DNA from: a virus
Length of the DNA stretch: 64,000 nucleotides
Virus record (IMG/VR): IMGVR_UViG_3300023443_000190
Coordinates: 8,564 to 72,563 of that record
Reading direction: 5' to 3' (one strand)
Positions 45,550-54,399 of this stretch are shown piece after piece (the stretch's first letter is position 1; each line of letters begins with the position of its first letter). The translations under genes were made by a program, and so were the position numbers. The notes beneath the pieces are model-generated. The model saw only the letters and a list, made by a program, of their open reading frames with translations. It made no database searches and was not told the DNA's origin.

Positions 45550-46176
45550 ATGGCTGTGCAAACGATGAAAAGAGAAAACTATCGATTTGAAGCAAGGGAC
45601 TTGGCCGGAAAACTGCGGCAGGGCAATATCGAAGCCTCATCGAGAGAGAAAGCTATCGAAAAACTTAATAAAGCCAACCTTTCGTACGTCGAGCTTACCT
45701 TTTTGCCCTATGGTGTAGCAGGAGAAGATGAAATCGAGAAAGCAAGCGATCCGGTCAAAATTAAGCCGTATGCCAAGATTAGACTCCTGTCGGAAACTTT
45801 GAAAGAATATCAATCGCCCTATTATTATTTGGCCTATATCCATAACATCTGTCTGGTATTTGCATGGTTTTTGATTGTTGTTTCGGTAATTTTTGTGTTG
45901 ATTGGGATTGGTGTCGCCATTACACATACAGAATCGAGTCAATATGCTTCTGGGCTAGTGCATGACGAGCCAAAATCCTCAAATGCCGTGCTCTATTTTG
46001 CTATTGCTGCTGGTCTTCTTCTCTGGAGCTTCCTGCTTCATGTTGTCACAGCTTTTTTCAGAGGATTTGCAAGCCTCTGCGCCTCAACCAACCTTTCGGC
46101 TGATTTATTGATCGCAGCGATTCATCGGCTTGACGATATCGAGGGCAGGATTTTGGAATTCGACGATAGGAGGTAA
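45550..46176 (+). CDS. Membrane protein with a PilC/GspF-like N-terminal segment
   Basis: YRFEARDLAGKLRQGNIEASSREKAIEKL; two TM regions; AAGGAG RBS. Confidence 0.7.
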   Translation: MAVQTMKRENYRFEARDLAGKLRQGNIEASSREKAIEKLNKANLSYVELTFLPYGVAGEDEIEKASDPVKIKPYAKIRLLSETLKEYQSPYYYLAYIHNICLVFAWFLIVVSVIFVLIGIGVAITHTESSQYASGLVHDEPKSSNAVLYFAIAAGLLLWSFLLHVVTAFFRGFASLCASTNLSADLLIAAIHRLDDIEGRILEFDDRR

Positions 46177-46231
46177 GTCCGCTGCGGCTAAGGCGATTAA
46201 GGCTGGGAAGTAGGCATTCAGGTTTTGATGA

Positions 46232-46486
46232 TTACTGATAATCGATCACAAAGCTGATTTGAGCAATCTTGGATGATTTTGCCGCCTCGTTAATTGCTTT
46301 TTCCAGGCATCGAAACGGATTCTCGTGACTATCGTAAAAGATCGCACCACACTTGAGACATTTGCCGTCAGTGAATTGCAGCCCCAACTTTGAAGTGTTC
46401 ACCTCGACTATCGTGTCACATTTCAGGCAACGAACTCTGGCTGTATGCAAGTCCGACAAATTGATTTCTAGCTTGTTGTGAACCAT
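46232..46486 (-). CDS. Zinc-ribbon protein, 84 aa (paralog 1)
   Basis: RCLKC...KCLKCG. Confidence 0.7.
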   Translation of the reverse strand: MVHNKLEINLSDLHTARVRCLKCDTIVEVNTSKLGLQFTDGKCLKCGAIFYDSHENPFRCLEKAINEAAKSSKIAQISFVIDYQ

Positions 46487-46520
46487 GATAATTTCTCGAC
46501 TGGTATCCTACCCGCTCCGA

Positions 46521-46775
46521 CTACGGTGCTGGCAAAATGAACTCGATTTGACCATCGCGGGAAGGCTTGCGAAGAATTTTGAACAAGTCGGAGAACTTGG
46601 AAAACAACTCCTCATCCCCTTCGAGATTTGCCCCGCACGAAGGGCACTTGCATCCAGCTAAGACATCGCCCAATTCCGCTGTTTGTGTTTCGAGAGCTAC
46701 CTTTTTGCAGCTAGTGCAGAAAATTCTAATGTGATCTAGCTCATTTATTTTTATAACTTGTATGTGTTGAACCAT
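46521..46775 (-). CDS. Zinc-ribbon protein, 84 aa (paralog 2)
   Basis: FCTSC...KCPSCG; start MVQHIQ. Confidence 0.7.
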   Translation of the reverse strand: MVQHIQVIKINELDHIRIFCTSCKKVALETQTAELGDVLAGCKCPSCGANLEGDEELFSKFSDLFKILRKPSRDGQIEFILPAP

Positions 46776-47005
46776 TATTCCATTCCAACTTTTCTGCAAA
46801 GTTTCGACCATTTCCGTGATCCATCCTGCCAAAGTTCCGATACATGCTGTGTGGTTATTTCCAACCATCTAGGATCGAATGCGATTTCTAGTAAAGTCCC
46901 GTCATGGCTGGAACCACGACGGGAGACTAACACCTGGCAGGATACGCCAGATGGAGCCTTGAAATTCATTCTAGCGTGTTTTGCCTCAATAGTTAAGGGC
47001 AAATC

Positions 47006-47857
47006 ATGTCAAATCACATTAGCGAAGAAAGACGCCATCAGATCGTCAGCCTCCTGGTCGAAGGAAATTCCTGTCGCAGCATTCAGCGTCTCACAGGTTC
47101 GCAACTGCGGACAATCCTCAGACAACTGGTAATTGTCGGGAATGGATGTCAGCGATTGCTCCACCAGAAAATGAGAAACCTCAAGCTGCGTCACGTTCAA
47201 GCCGACGAGATTTGGACGTTCTGCAAAAAGAAGCAAGGGAAACTGACACCAGCCGAAAGGAAGATTTCGATAATCGGCGATCAGTATCTATTCGTCGCTT
47301 TTGATACGGACACGAAATTGGTCATTGCCTATGCTCTGGGAAAGCGAACAAAAGAAACAACGGATAAGTTTCTGACCGATCTTCACCGACGAATGATCCG
47401 GCCTCCACTCGGATTTCTCGGCGACAAACCGCAACTCTCGACCGATGCGTTTCATGCCTATGAGGATTCTGTCGATACAATTTTTGCGGACACTGTGAAC
47501 TATGGCCAAATCGTCAAAATTTATGCACATTCACAATGGGGGCGATATGCCCCTCCTGGCATTTCGGAGACCAATCGAAAAAATGTACAAGGCATTGAAG
47601 ACTTAGAGTCGATATGCACGAGCCATGTCGAGCGAAACAACTTAACAATCCGCACATTCATCAGGCGGTTCACACGACTCTCTCTCGGCTTCTCCAAGAA
47701 GATCGACAACCTTTGGGCATCGATCAGCCTGCATTTCGCTCACTACAATTTCTGCCGCATTCACAGCACGCTGAAGACGACACCAGCGGTCGCATCTGGA
47801 GTGACAGAAAAGCCGTGGACTCTGGAAGAATTGCTCGATACGATTCAAAAACAATAG
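47006..47857 (+). CDS. IS1-family DDE transposase (single ORF)
   Basis: N-terminal HTH; QADEIWTF, STDAFHAY, TSHVERNNLTIR..IRRFTR.S.GFSKK, HYNFCRIH. Confidence 0.92.
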   Translation: MSNHISEERRHQIVSLLVEGNSCRSIQRLTGSQLRTILRQLVIVGNGCQRLLHQKMRNLKLRHVQADEIWTFCKKKQGKLTPAERKISIIGDQYLFVAFDTDTKLVIAYALGKRTKETTDKFLTDLHRRMIRPPLGFLGDKPQLSTDAFHAYEDSVDTIFADTVNYGQIVKIYAHSQWGRYAPPGISETNRKNVQGIEDLESICTSHVERNNLTIRTFIRRFTRLSLGFSKKIDNLWASISLHFAHYNFCRIHSTLKTTPAVASGVTEKPWTLEELLDTIQKQ

Positions 47858-47914
47858 CAACAATCATGCCAATTCAAAAAGCGATTCCAAAAGACATCAC
47901 TATCTAAACTAGGT

Positions 47915-47954
47915 AAAGAGACCCACCCCCATAAAGCATAAAAGAGGGCGGGTC
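47915..47954 (-). terminator. Intrinsic terminator after the major tail gene
   Basis: GACCCGCCCTC / GGGGGTGGGTC stem with G-U pairs on the - strand, then TCTTT. Confidence 0.55.
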
Positions 47955-47963
47955 GGGGGAAAA

Positions 47964-48467
47964 TCATATCTGAAGAATCTTAGGTTTAGTCTCGAAGTTG
48001 ACTCCGTCGAAACTGATCGTATTGGCATCGTCGCCTTCTGCCACAGAACAATTGGTCTTGTAGACTTTGCCGAACGTGATCTGTTCGTCGGTCGAAACAC
48101 CGGCAGCCGGATCGGATACAACAAAGGCGTGTTGCAGAGTGAATTTTTCGCCAGTTCCGCTCGTCGATGTGTAAAACGATTCGTTGTTGTTGATAATTTC
48201 GTAGAGTGCGGTTGGGTCTGACGAACCGGTCACGGATTCACCGATAAGGAACGTCCATTTAGCCGAATAGCTCAACGAACCGGCCAATTGGTCTCCAGGT
48301 CTGAGATGATCGAGAATTCCACGATCCTTAATTTCAATCGTGTCCTCTTCGGGAACCTCCCAGCTCAAGTCCCCGTTATCGAGGGTCAGGATTAAGGTCT
48401 TGCCAGCTCCGTCGCCAATACTGATTTGGCCGTCACGAAGGTTACGGGTTAATGTTCCAACAGCCAT
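47964..48467 (-). CDS. Major tail (tube) protein
   Basis: 167 aa beta-rich, after the neck genes; AGGAG RBS. Confidence 0.75.
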   Translation of the reverse strand: MAVGTLTRNLRDGQISIGDGAGKTLILTLDNGDLSWEVPEEDTIEIKDRGILDHLRPGDQLAGSLSYSAKWTFLIGESVTGSSDPTALYEIINNNESFYTSTSGTGEKFTLQHAFVVSDPAAGVSTDEQITFGKVYKTNCSVAEGDDANTISFDGVNFETKPKILQI

Positions 48468-48476
48468 GGTTTTCTC

Positions 48477-48923
48477 CTAAATAGATTGTGCGTAGGCTGG
48501 AATGTTCCAACGTAAAACGCGGATGTTAGTTCGCAAAGATTCATTCATATCACGGGTGCCGTTGATTCGTTTTGGTTCGTAGATGCGAAGTCGCCCAGTC
48601 TCAGGATCGCCAACTGTTGCAAAGTCTTTAATCGATAATTCCTTGTGTCTGAATTGAAGGGATAAGTCTTTGCTCAATGACAAGTATCTGTATTGGCTGG
48701 TTGAGTTTTTCACATACAAGTCCAGTCGGATCATCAAGTTCCACTGATCCACCTGTCCAATTCTGTTGACCTTACGTTTGAAGCTGGATACATCGATCTC
48801 AGCCCATTCAGACAAGGCGTCTGTATCCAAGTCTTCGCCTGGGAAAATTGTAGTTAGGCTTGGAAACTCATCGGCCATGTGAGTTGCGATTGTTCCGATC
48901 ATCTGTTTAAGAGTGATAGCCAT
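48477..48923 (-). CDS. Tail terminator-like protein
   Basis: Synteny directly before the major tail gene. Confidence 0.65.
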   Translation of the reverse strand: MAITLKQMIGTIATHMADEFPSLTTIFPGEDLDTDALSEWAEIDVSSFKRKVNRIGQVDQWNLMIRLDLYVKNSTSQYRYLSLSKDLSLQFRHKELSIKDFATVGDPETGRLRIYEPKRINGTRDMNESLRTNIRVLRWNIPAYAQSI

Positions 48924-49516
48924 TATGAAAAACTCAACCCCAGTCGTTTTTTGTTTCGTTTGACGGCAGCAAATCCCTTTTCTATCGAATTAGTGCCAGG
49001 TAATTGTCTGCTCAATGCCATTCTTTCCACGCCCGAGGAATCGACCCAACGCAACATTCCAGTTCCGCTACTGCCACGTTCCGACAACAACGCGCCTGGA
49101 AATACTCTTTGCCGTTTTCTTCCACCCGGCGCGATCGGAGTTAATGTCCCGCCAAACTCCATCTCATCCGCAAAAGGCAAAGCGTTCTGAAATGTAACCG
49201 TACTCGATGTCAAGGTTCCCGTAATATCGCTTTCCCCAAAGAAGTCCGCATCCCATGCCCCGTCATCGCGCGGTGCGGCATTCGACAGATTGGATGCACC
49301 TACAAAATCGAGCGACCTCGCATTGATACCGTTGATGTCAAATAACTCGACAACCTTTTCGATTCCCCCAATCCAAGTCGCCTGCATTCGACCAGGCACT
49401 TCTTTCGGAGTCGAGTCCAAAATTTCATCCATCATAATTGCCGACGCGCGTGCGAGTGCCACAAGCCTTTCTTCGGCCAACCATTGATCGACAGATTTCT
49501 GGAACGATTCGGCCAT
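48923..49516 (-). CDS. Neck/tail completion protein (HK97 gp10-like)
   Basis: ILDSTP...GRMQATW, NALPFADEMEFG; synteny. Confidence 0.6.
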   Translation of the reverse strand: MAESFQKSVDQWLAEERLVALARASAIMMDEILDSTPKEVPGRMQATWIGGIEKVVELFDINGINARSLDFVGASNLSNAAPRDDGAWDADFFGESDITGTLTSSTVTFQNALPFADEMEFGGTLTPIAPGGRKRQRVFPGALLSERGSSGTGMLRWVDSSGVERMALSRQLPGTNSIEKGFAAVKRNKKRLGLSFS

Positions 49517-49906
49517 CTAAACTTTCCTTCCGACCATGATGTAGACGTTATTATCGGACGAGACCATGAATGACATAAGGTCGTATGTATTACTCCCGCT
49601 AATAACTTTTGAAGTAAGAGTTGGCGGAACTTCGGGCAAATCCGATGTCCTAATTCGTATGACAATGTCGTCTGGAAGTATTGCACCGCCAGACTTGTTA
49701 ATCATGCTTTCGGTTACAGGGCCAATCAATACCCCAGGATCGTCGTCGGAATCGGCTCCTATCGTCGTATCCGTATTTGTAGGCGTATCGACTCCAGTAC
49801 CTCGATCTGTCGAATGCGACACTTCCCGATACGTTACAGATTCACCAAAGAATCGAAACGCAGGGTCTCGCATTAACTTTCTTGAGGCTTGGGTTAATTG
49901 CGCCAT
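49517..49906 (-). CDS. Head-tail joining (closure-like) protein
   Basis: FFGESVTY, small beta protein; synteny. Confidence 0.6.
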   Translation of the reverse strand: MAQLTQASRKLMRDPAFRFFGESVTYREVSHSTDRGTGVDTPTNTDTTIGADSDDDPGVLIGPVTESMINKSGGAILPDDIVIRIRTSDLPEVPPTLTSKVISGSNTYDLMSFMVSSDNNVYIMVGRKV

Positions 49907-49908
49907 TA

Positions 49909-49974
49909 TTATTTCTTCTTCTTACGCTTTTTCTTTTTACGTTTTGGTTTAATCAATCCGCCATGTTTAGCCAT
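49909..49974 (-). CDS. 21-aa polybasic micropeptide (not in ORF track)
   Basis: MAKHGGLIKPKRKKKKRKKKK; AGGAG RBS 6 nt upstream; stop abuts the next ATG. Confidence 0.6.
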   Translation of the reverse strand: MAKHGGLIKPKRKKKKRKKKK

Positions 49975-49982
49975 GTCAACTC

Positions 49983-50258
49983 CTATAAATCAGGGTCATC
50001 GTACAATGAAGTACCTTCAAAGGGTAAATCCCTCAACGCATCCTCGTATGTTTTCTTCGCACTTAACAAAGCCGCCAGAAGCGGTGCCGTATCTTTTTTA
50101 TGACCGCCCGCACCGAATTCTGCAAAATGGACTGACTCGAAGCGATTTGCGGCGATATTGTAGATTGCCAGATTGATCTTTTCGATAATCGCATTCAGTT
50201 GAACTTCCGTAAGTTCGTCTGCGCTAATTCCTGCGAAACTCGTAATGTCTGCCATCAA
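49983..50258 (-). CDS. Head-tail connector-like protein
   Basis: 91 aa; GAGGT RBS; synteny. Confidence 0.55.
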   Translation of the reverse strand: MMADITSFAGISADELTEVQLNAIIEKINLAIYNIAANRFESVHFAEFGAGGHKKDTAPLLAALLSAKKTYEDALRDLPFEGTSLYDDPDL

Positions 50259-50491
50259 ATACCTCCAAACCCGATCTCATATTCCTCTGCCATTCTTATC
50301 TGACTGTAGGTCATCAGTCTGACTTTTTTTTCGTCGTCCAAATCCCAGAACTTATCTTCGTCTTCAAAGGAAAGGCCAAACCTTTCTAGGATTCTGTAAC
50401 AGTGGTAGACTTCGGTGTGAACTCTTCGTTGTCCGATGCTGTTTTCGAGAATGCTTCCCCCGCCCTTTCCTGATGAGAAGGGGTCTGACAA
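50255..50491 (-). CDS. Tail assembly chaperone -1 frame extension (gpT-like)
   Basis: Overlaps the upstream ORF in the -1 frame; no own RBS; YRILERFG..FWDLD...LMTYSQIR.AEE. Confidence 0.65.
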   Translation of the reverse strand: MSDPFSSGKGGGSILENSIGQRRVHTEVYHCYRILERFGLSFEDEDKFWDLDDEKKVRLMTYSQIRMAEEYEIGFGGI

Positions 50492-51033
50492 AAAACCGCT
50501 GCCAGATCGTCGGAATCGACAATCAATGTCAACTCTTCAGAACGATTCAGAATGTGGGCAACTTCCTCTTCGGTGAATTCAAAGGCTTCGATTTCTTTCA
50601 GCAGACCTGAAGCGATCTCGTCATTTTCTTCTTTAGTCTTTTTCGAGACTGGACGATTCTCATCAAACTCTACATTCACGTCGTTGCGAAGTGCATCCCT
50701 CACCCGTAAGGCGTCTATCCTTCTGTTGTATTTTATGGCCGCCTTCCTGTAGTCGGCATCGTCTTCGTCATCGACGATCTTTGGTTCCCTTGTCAGAGGA
50801 TCGACGACAATCTTTCCGCCAGCATCTTTCAGAGGAATCTTTGGGATTACAGGTCTGTCGAAGCAACTGTCGATGGTGTGATAGAAGCCAATTCTTAGCG
50901 GCGAGACGACCAGTTCCAACTTTTGATATGTCGTCAATTCATTGGACTCACTGTCTACATTGTTTGAGTCAGCCCGATAAATCGTAATCAGCGACTTACT
51001 GACCGTCAGCTTTTCTGTACCGTTGACTTTCAT
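50386..51033 (-). CDS. Tail assembly chaperone (gpG-like)
   Basis: Acidic 215 aa; slippery T6 at 50490-50495 and G GGG GAA at 50455-50461. Confidence 0.65.
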   Translation of the reverse strand: MKVNGTEKLTVSKSLITIYRADSNNVDSESNELTTYQKLELVVSPLRIGFYHTIDSCFDRPVIPKIPLKDAGGKIVVDPLTREPKIVDDEDDADYRKAAIKYNRRIDALRVRDALRNDVNVEFDENRPVSKKTKEENDEIASGLLKEIEAFEFTEEEVAHILNRSEELTLIVDSDDLAAVFCQTPSHQERAGEAFSKTASDNEEFTPKSTTVTES

Positions 51034-51047
51034 GTTTCCCCCATGTT

Positions 51048-51081
51048 AAGAAAAAACGCCCCAGCCGAAATGACTGAGGCG
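51048..51081 (-). terminator. Intrinsic terminator after the major capsid gene
   Basis: CGCCTCAGTC-ATTTC-GGCTGGGGCG then TTTTTTCTT. Confidence 0.8.
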
Positions 51082-51112
51082 GGCTGGTTAAGTATGAGTA
51101 GTGTACAATATA

Positions 51113-52402
51113 TCAATTCCCATCGATTTTCGTAAACCAAATACTGTCGGTGGCACTGATGCCGCCGTAGTATCGAACCTTGACCCTGAAGACTGTATCC
51201 CGCTCGAATGCCGATTCGCTGTCCGCATTTTGAACGAAGGTCTGAACCGGCAAAATCTCAGTCCAGATGAATTGTCGATTCGGTTGACCGTAGTACCAGT
51301 CGTTGACGTTCTCACCGCCTTCAGCATCAATAAAGGGTGAACTTAAAACGGCATTGATCAAATCAGGAGTTGGGAACATCGACCTGTTGGTTCCGGCATT
51401 GGCCTGATTATCGACGACCTGGGAAGTCGTGCTGCGTTGGACGTTGTTGCCTGTTGCTCTCAAGGCTTCAGGGACCAAAAGAAGGTTATTGCCATTCAGG
51501 CCGGCAATAGGTAATTGTGTCCCGTCAATCCTATCGTCTTTTGGAGCGACGGCTCGATATTCTCTTGCCGTATCGACATCCGTGAAATCGACCAAGGGCA
51601 CAGCCGCATTGAAAGTGGCATCAGTCGTGTTGCCGACTCCGATGAAGTTTTTGTTCGTGCCAACGGTATCGTAAAGAACTTCTCCCGTTCCAGACGGCCT
51701 GAAGACGGGATCGGTAGCCGAATCCGCATCGATCACACCGCGAACGATCACTCTCTCCCGTTCCTGACGAGTCCAGAAACCAAGAGTTCTCGCCCGACGT
51801 GCCACTTCACCCGTCTGATCAAAGATAAACAATTCTTCGTTCAGCGAAAGAATACGACCCTTTTTTGTCTCTTTCGTGGTGACGAATTTCTCTTCAAATC
51901 CGCTTTCTTCGTAAGGGAAGCCTTCCTGAACTTCGGTCGGCCCAGCCAGGCTGGTAGTTCCGGTAATCTTCTGATTTCTTAGGGTTTGACCCGGAAGAAG
52001 CTCGACCAGAAAATCGCCGATGTATCCTTCCTCTTTGTCATAACCTTCGATCACGGAACTATGAATCAGATCGCTCGTCATTTTTTTGAAGAGCGTTGTA
52101 TTCACGCCTGGATTTGCTTCAGAGAACAAAGACTCGGACATCACATGACCGGAAATCCCGTCAGCTTCCAATCCCATACTTCTTCGGAAAGACCCAGACC
52201 TATCTCTGGAATCCATCACACCCAATTCGAGTGCAAGATTGTGGAGTGAAAAGTTCTCCAAGTGGAGGCCTTCACCGCCCTCGTCTTTTGGCGTGATGAG
52301 ATGATCGATATACCCGATCACTTTTCTGGCACCTTCGCCCTTATTTTTCGACTCCCGAAACAGGTTGCCAACCACTTCGGAATTAACTGTTCGATGACGC
52401 AT
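51113..52402 (-). CDS. Major capsid protein (HK97 fold, Mu gpT-like)
   Basis: 429 aa; PTEVQEGFPYEE, KKGRILSLNEE; AAGGAG RBS; followed by a terminator. Confidence 0.85.
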   Translation of the reverse strand: MRHRTVNSEVVGNLFRESKNKGEGARKVIGYIDHLITPKDEGGEGLHLENFSLHNLALELGVMDSRDRSGSFRRSMGLEADGISGHVMSESLFSEANPGVNTTLFKKMTSDLIHSSVIEGYDKEEGYIGDFLVELLPGQTLRNQKITGTTSLAGPTEVQEGFPYEESGFEEKFVTTKETKKGRILSLNEELFIFDQTGEVARRARTLGFWTRQERERVIVRGVIDADSATDPVFRPSGTGEVLYDTVGTNKNFIGVGNTTDATFNAAVPLVDFTDVDTAREYRAVAPKDDRIDGTQLPIAGLNGNNLLLVPEALRATGNNVQRSTTSQVVDNQANAGTNRSMFPTPDLINAVLSSPFIDAEGGENVNDWYYGQPNRQFIWTEILPVQTFVQNADSESAFERDTVFRVKVRYYGGISATDSIWFTKIDGN

Positions 52403-52414
52403 ATTAGCTCCTTA

Positions 52415-52909
52415 TTAACCGACTTGGTTGTTGGCGTTGTTGTTCGCAAGGGCGAGTGCCGATGCAAATTGCATTCTGAGTTTTGTAACAGCCGCCGCAG
52501 CAAATTCTGTGCAACGAGCGATTGACGATGTTGCAATAGCCGATTCCAACACCTGATTTAACAGCGTGTCGTCTGGATCGGTACCTTCGTCTGGGCCGAA
52601 CGGGTCGCCGACTTGAGGCGTGACCGATGCCACGGTGAATTCATAAATCGAGACCCCAGACACGTCGATTGTGATATCGTCGTCGTCTGTGATGGAAGAT
52701 GCCTCGTAAGCGATTCCAGCAAACACTGCCGCAAATAAACCTTGCGTTGTTGCCAGATCGGTATCGTGATCGAACGTGTTGGCGGGACGGACGCGATTGT
52801 TCGTATTGTCGAACCACATCATGTCGCCTGTTTCGATCAGATCGGTCGAAAGGACGTCGAATTTCCGAAGATCCATCTGACCGGAACGGAAGTTTTGGGC
52901 GTTCGCCAT
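52415..52909 (-). CDS. Capsid decoration/cement-like protein
   Basis: 164 aa between scaffold and capsid; IETGDMMW, FAGIA. Confidence 0.65.
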   Translation of the reverse strand: MANAQNFRSGQMDLRKFDVLSTDLIETGDMMWFDNTNNRVRPANTFDHDTDLATTQGLFAAVFAGIAYEASSITDDDDITIDVSGVSIYEFTVASVTPQVGDPFGPDEGTDPDDTLLNQVLESAIATSSIARCTEFAAAAVTKLRMQFASALALANNNANNQVG

Positions 52910-52918
52910 ATCTTCTCC

Positions 52919-53887
52919 TTAAACGTAAATGTTGTTGTTTTTTGCGAATTCTTTGGGATCGAACGCCTTGGATGTCGATTGCCGTTCGGTGATAAACGGC
53001 CCAGAAGAAACCTTTTCCATAATCGCCTTGCGGTCTTCGATCAACAAAGCTCGTTCTTCGGGAGTCTCTTTTTCCTGAAGCTGCTTCATAAATGTTTCTG
53101 TCAGGAGGGTTTCGTCTGTCAGTTCCGCCTTTTCCAGTTCTTCCTGAATGGTTTTCGCGCGTTCGGACAGGGTTGCCTGTACCTCGAATTCGTCGAGTTT
53201 GACCTGAGTTTCTTTGAGCGTCTCTTCCAGTTTGGTATGAGACTCTTTCAAAGTGTCAAACTCTTCCGACTTATCGTTGAGTTTGACGGCCATCTCTTTG
53301 ATTTCGTTTTGATGAGATTGGCTTGCCGTTTCGATTTTGGTTTGCAGGTCTTTGTTCTGTTCCTGAAGAACTTCGACTGCTTTGTCGGACATATCGGACA
53401 TATCAGTTTCCTGTTCTGAAAAGTTCGTTGTGGTTGCCCCGCCGGTGACGACGTCAACCGACAATACTTCCTGAATGGATTCGACGATGGTTCTGCTTCT
53501 GTTTCGTTTCCCCGAGATCACCTGAGACATACAGACGTTGGGAGGATGGACTCTGGCAAGCTCCATGAAGAATCGTCCAGAATCCGTATCCAGAACCGAA
53601 ATATCTCCCATCATTCTTTTGTTAATGTTGTTCCATCGTGGATTTTGGACATGACCGACCAGATCGCGAACACTTCTTTCTCTTAGCTTGCTCATCTGGT
53701 GATCGATGAAGACAGATGCACCCTCGTAAAGATTGATGGCGTTTTCGTAAGCCTTCTCCGCATATTCGTAGCCGTTCTTAGACTTGATTCCAGAAAGAGC
53801 GACATTACGAACAAACTTTGGCTTATCTTCTTCAGATTCGACAACTGCCTCAGACAGAATATCGGTGACCGTGTCCTCTAATCTCAT
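52919..53887 (-). CDS. Prohead protease/scaffold protein
   Basis: SKNGYEY, GASVFIDH, RSVRDLVG, SVDVVTGGAT protease region plus acidic coiled-coil C-terminus. Confidence 0.8.
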   Translation of the reverse strand: MRLEDTVTDILSEAVVESEEDKPKFVRNVALSGIKSKNGYEYAEKAYENAINLYEGASVFIDHQMSKLRERSVRDLVGHVQNPRWNNINKRMMGDISVLDTDSGRFFMELARVHPPNVCMSQVISGKRNRSRTIVESIQEVLSVDVVTGGATTTNFSEQETDMSDMSDKAVEVLQEQNKDLQTKIETASQSHQNEIKEMAVKLNDKSEEFDTLKESHTKLEETLKETQVKLDEFEVQATLSERAKTIQEELEKAELTDETLLTETFMKQLQEKETPEERALLIEDRKAIMEKVSSGPFITERQSTSKAFDPKEFAKNNNIYV

Positions 53888-53894
53888 AAGCGAG

Positions 53895-53922
53895 AGATTA
53901 CATACAGCAATCAGAGCGTCAA
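53895..53922 (-). promoter_or_regulatory. Sigma70-like promoter, probably giving a leaderless mRNA
   Basis: TTGACG-16-TAATCT, 7 nt from the ATG; no SD. Confidence 0.5.
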
Positions 53923-53955
53923 TCCTGATGATTTACGAATACCAGTGACTTGTAT

Positions 53956-54399
53956 TTAGAGTGTGACTGTTTCGGGGCTATCTGTAGCACTTATCACACC
54001 AACATCTTCCCCTGCCACAAACCGAACCAGCTTTCTAACAACGTCATCGACAGCGTTTTGATCTCTCAGGCACAGAGTATAAAATAGGAATGTTCCTACC
54101 TTTTCAGGTATAGGTCGGATCTCTTTGTAAATCCCAGTTGGCGTCTTTACATTTAGGTTGATGGCCTGATTCATCCGATCCATATGATTCGGATACTTTT
54201 GGACTAGATGATCGAGGCATTTCCCTAATCCTTGAGCCAGTTCAAATCTTTTCTGAATCGGCTGCTCCAACACGGCAATGGAAGTGATGGCTTGCTCGAT
54301 GTCCAAACACAACATAGCCCATTTTTTGACTCGCTTTGCCTCTCTGATGGATCGTGCGGGATCGATGATGTGGTATTTGACAATTGCGATTTCAGACAA
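53956..54399 (-). CDS. Hypothetical protein, 147 aa
   Basis: Coupled to the MuF-like stop. Confidence 0.6.
   Translation of the reverse strand: MSEIAIVKYHIIDPARSIREAKRVKKWAMLCLDIEQAITSIAVLEQPIQKRFELAQGLGKCLDHLVQKYPNHMDRMNQAINLNVKTPTGIYKEIRPIPEKVGTFLFYTLCLRDQNAVDDVVRKLVRFVAGEDVGVISATDSPETVTL

Larger units (their letters stand above)
44072..47904 (+). mobile_element. IS1-family element with passenger genes, 3833 bp
   Basis: Left end GGTAGTGATGTCATTT (44072-44087), right end reverse complement GATAGTGATGTCTTTT (47889-47904), 14/16 match; transposase ends just inside the right end; no target duplication seen. Confidence 0.75.

Noticed and set aside
46775-47002. 75-aa - strand ORF head-to-head with the transposase
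   Set aside because: Start is only 3 bp from the transposase ATG and it has no motif; it may be real from a later start but is unsupported.
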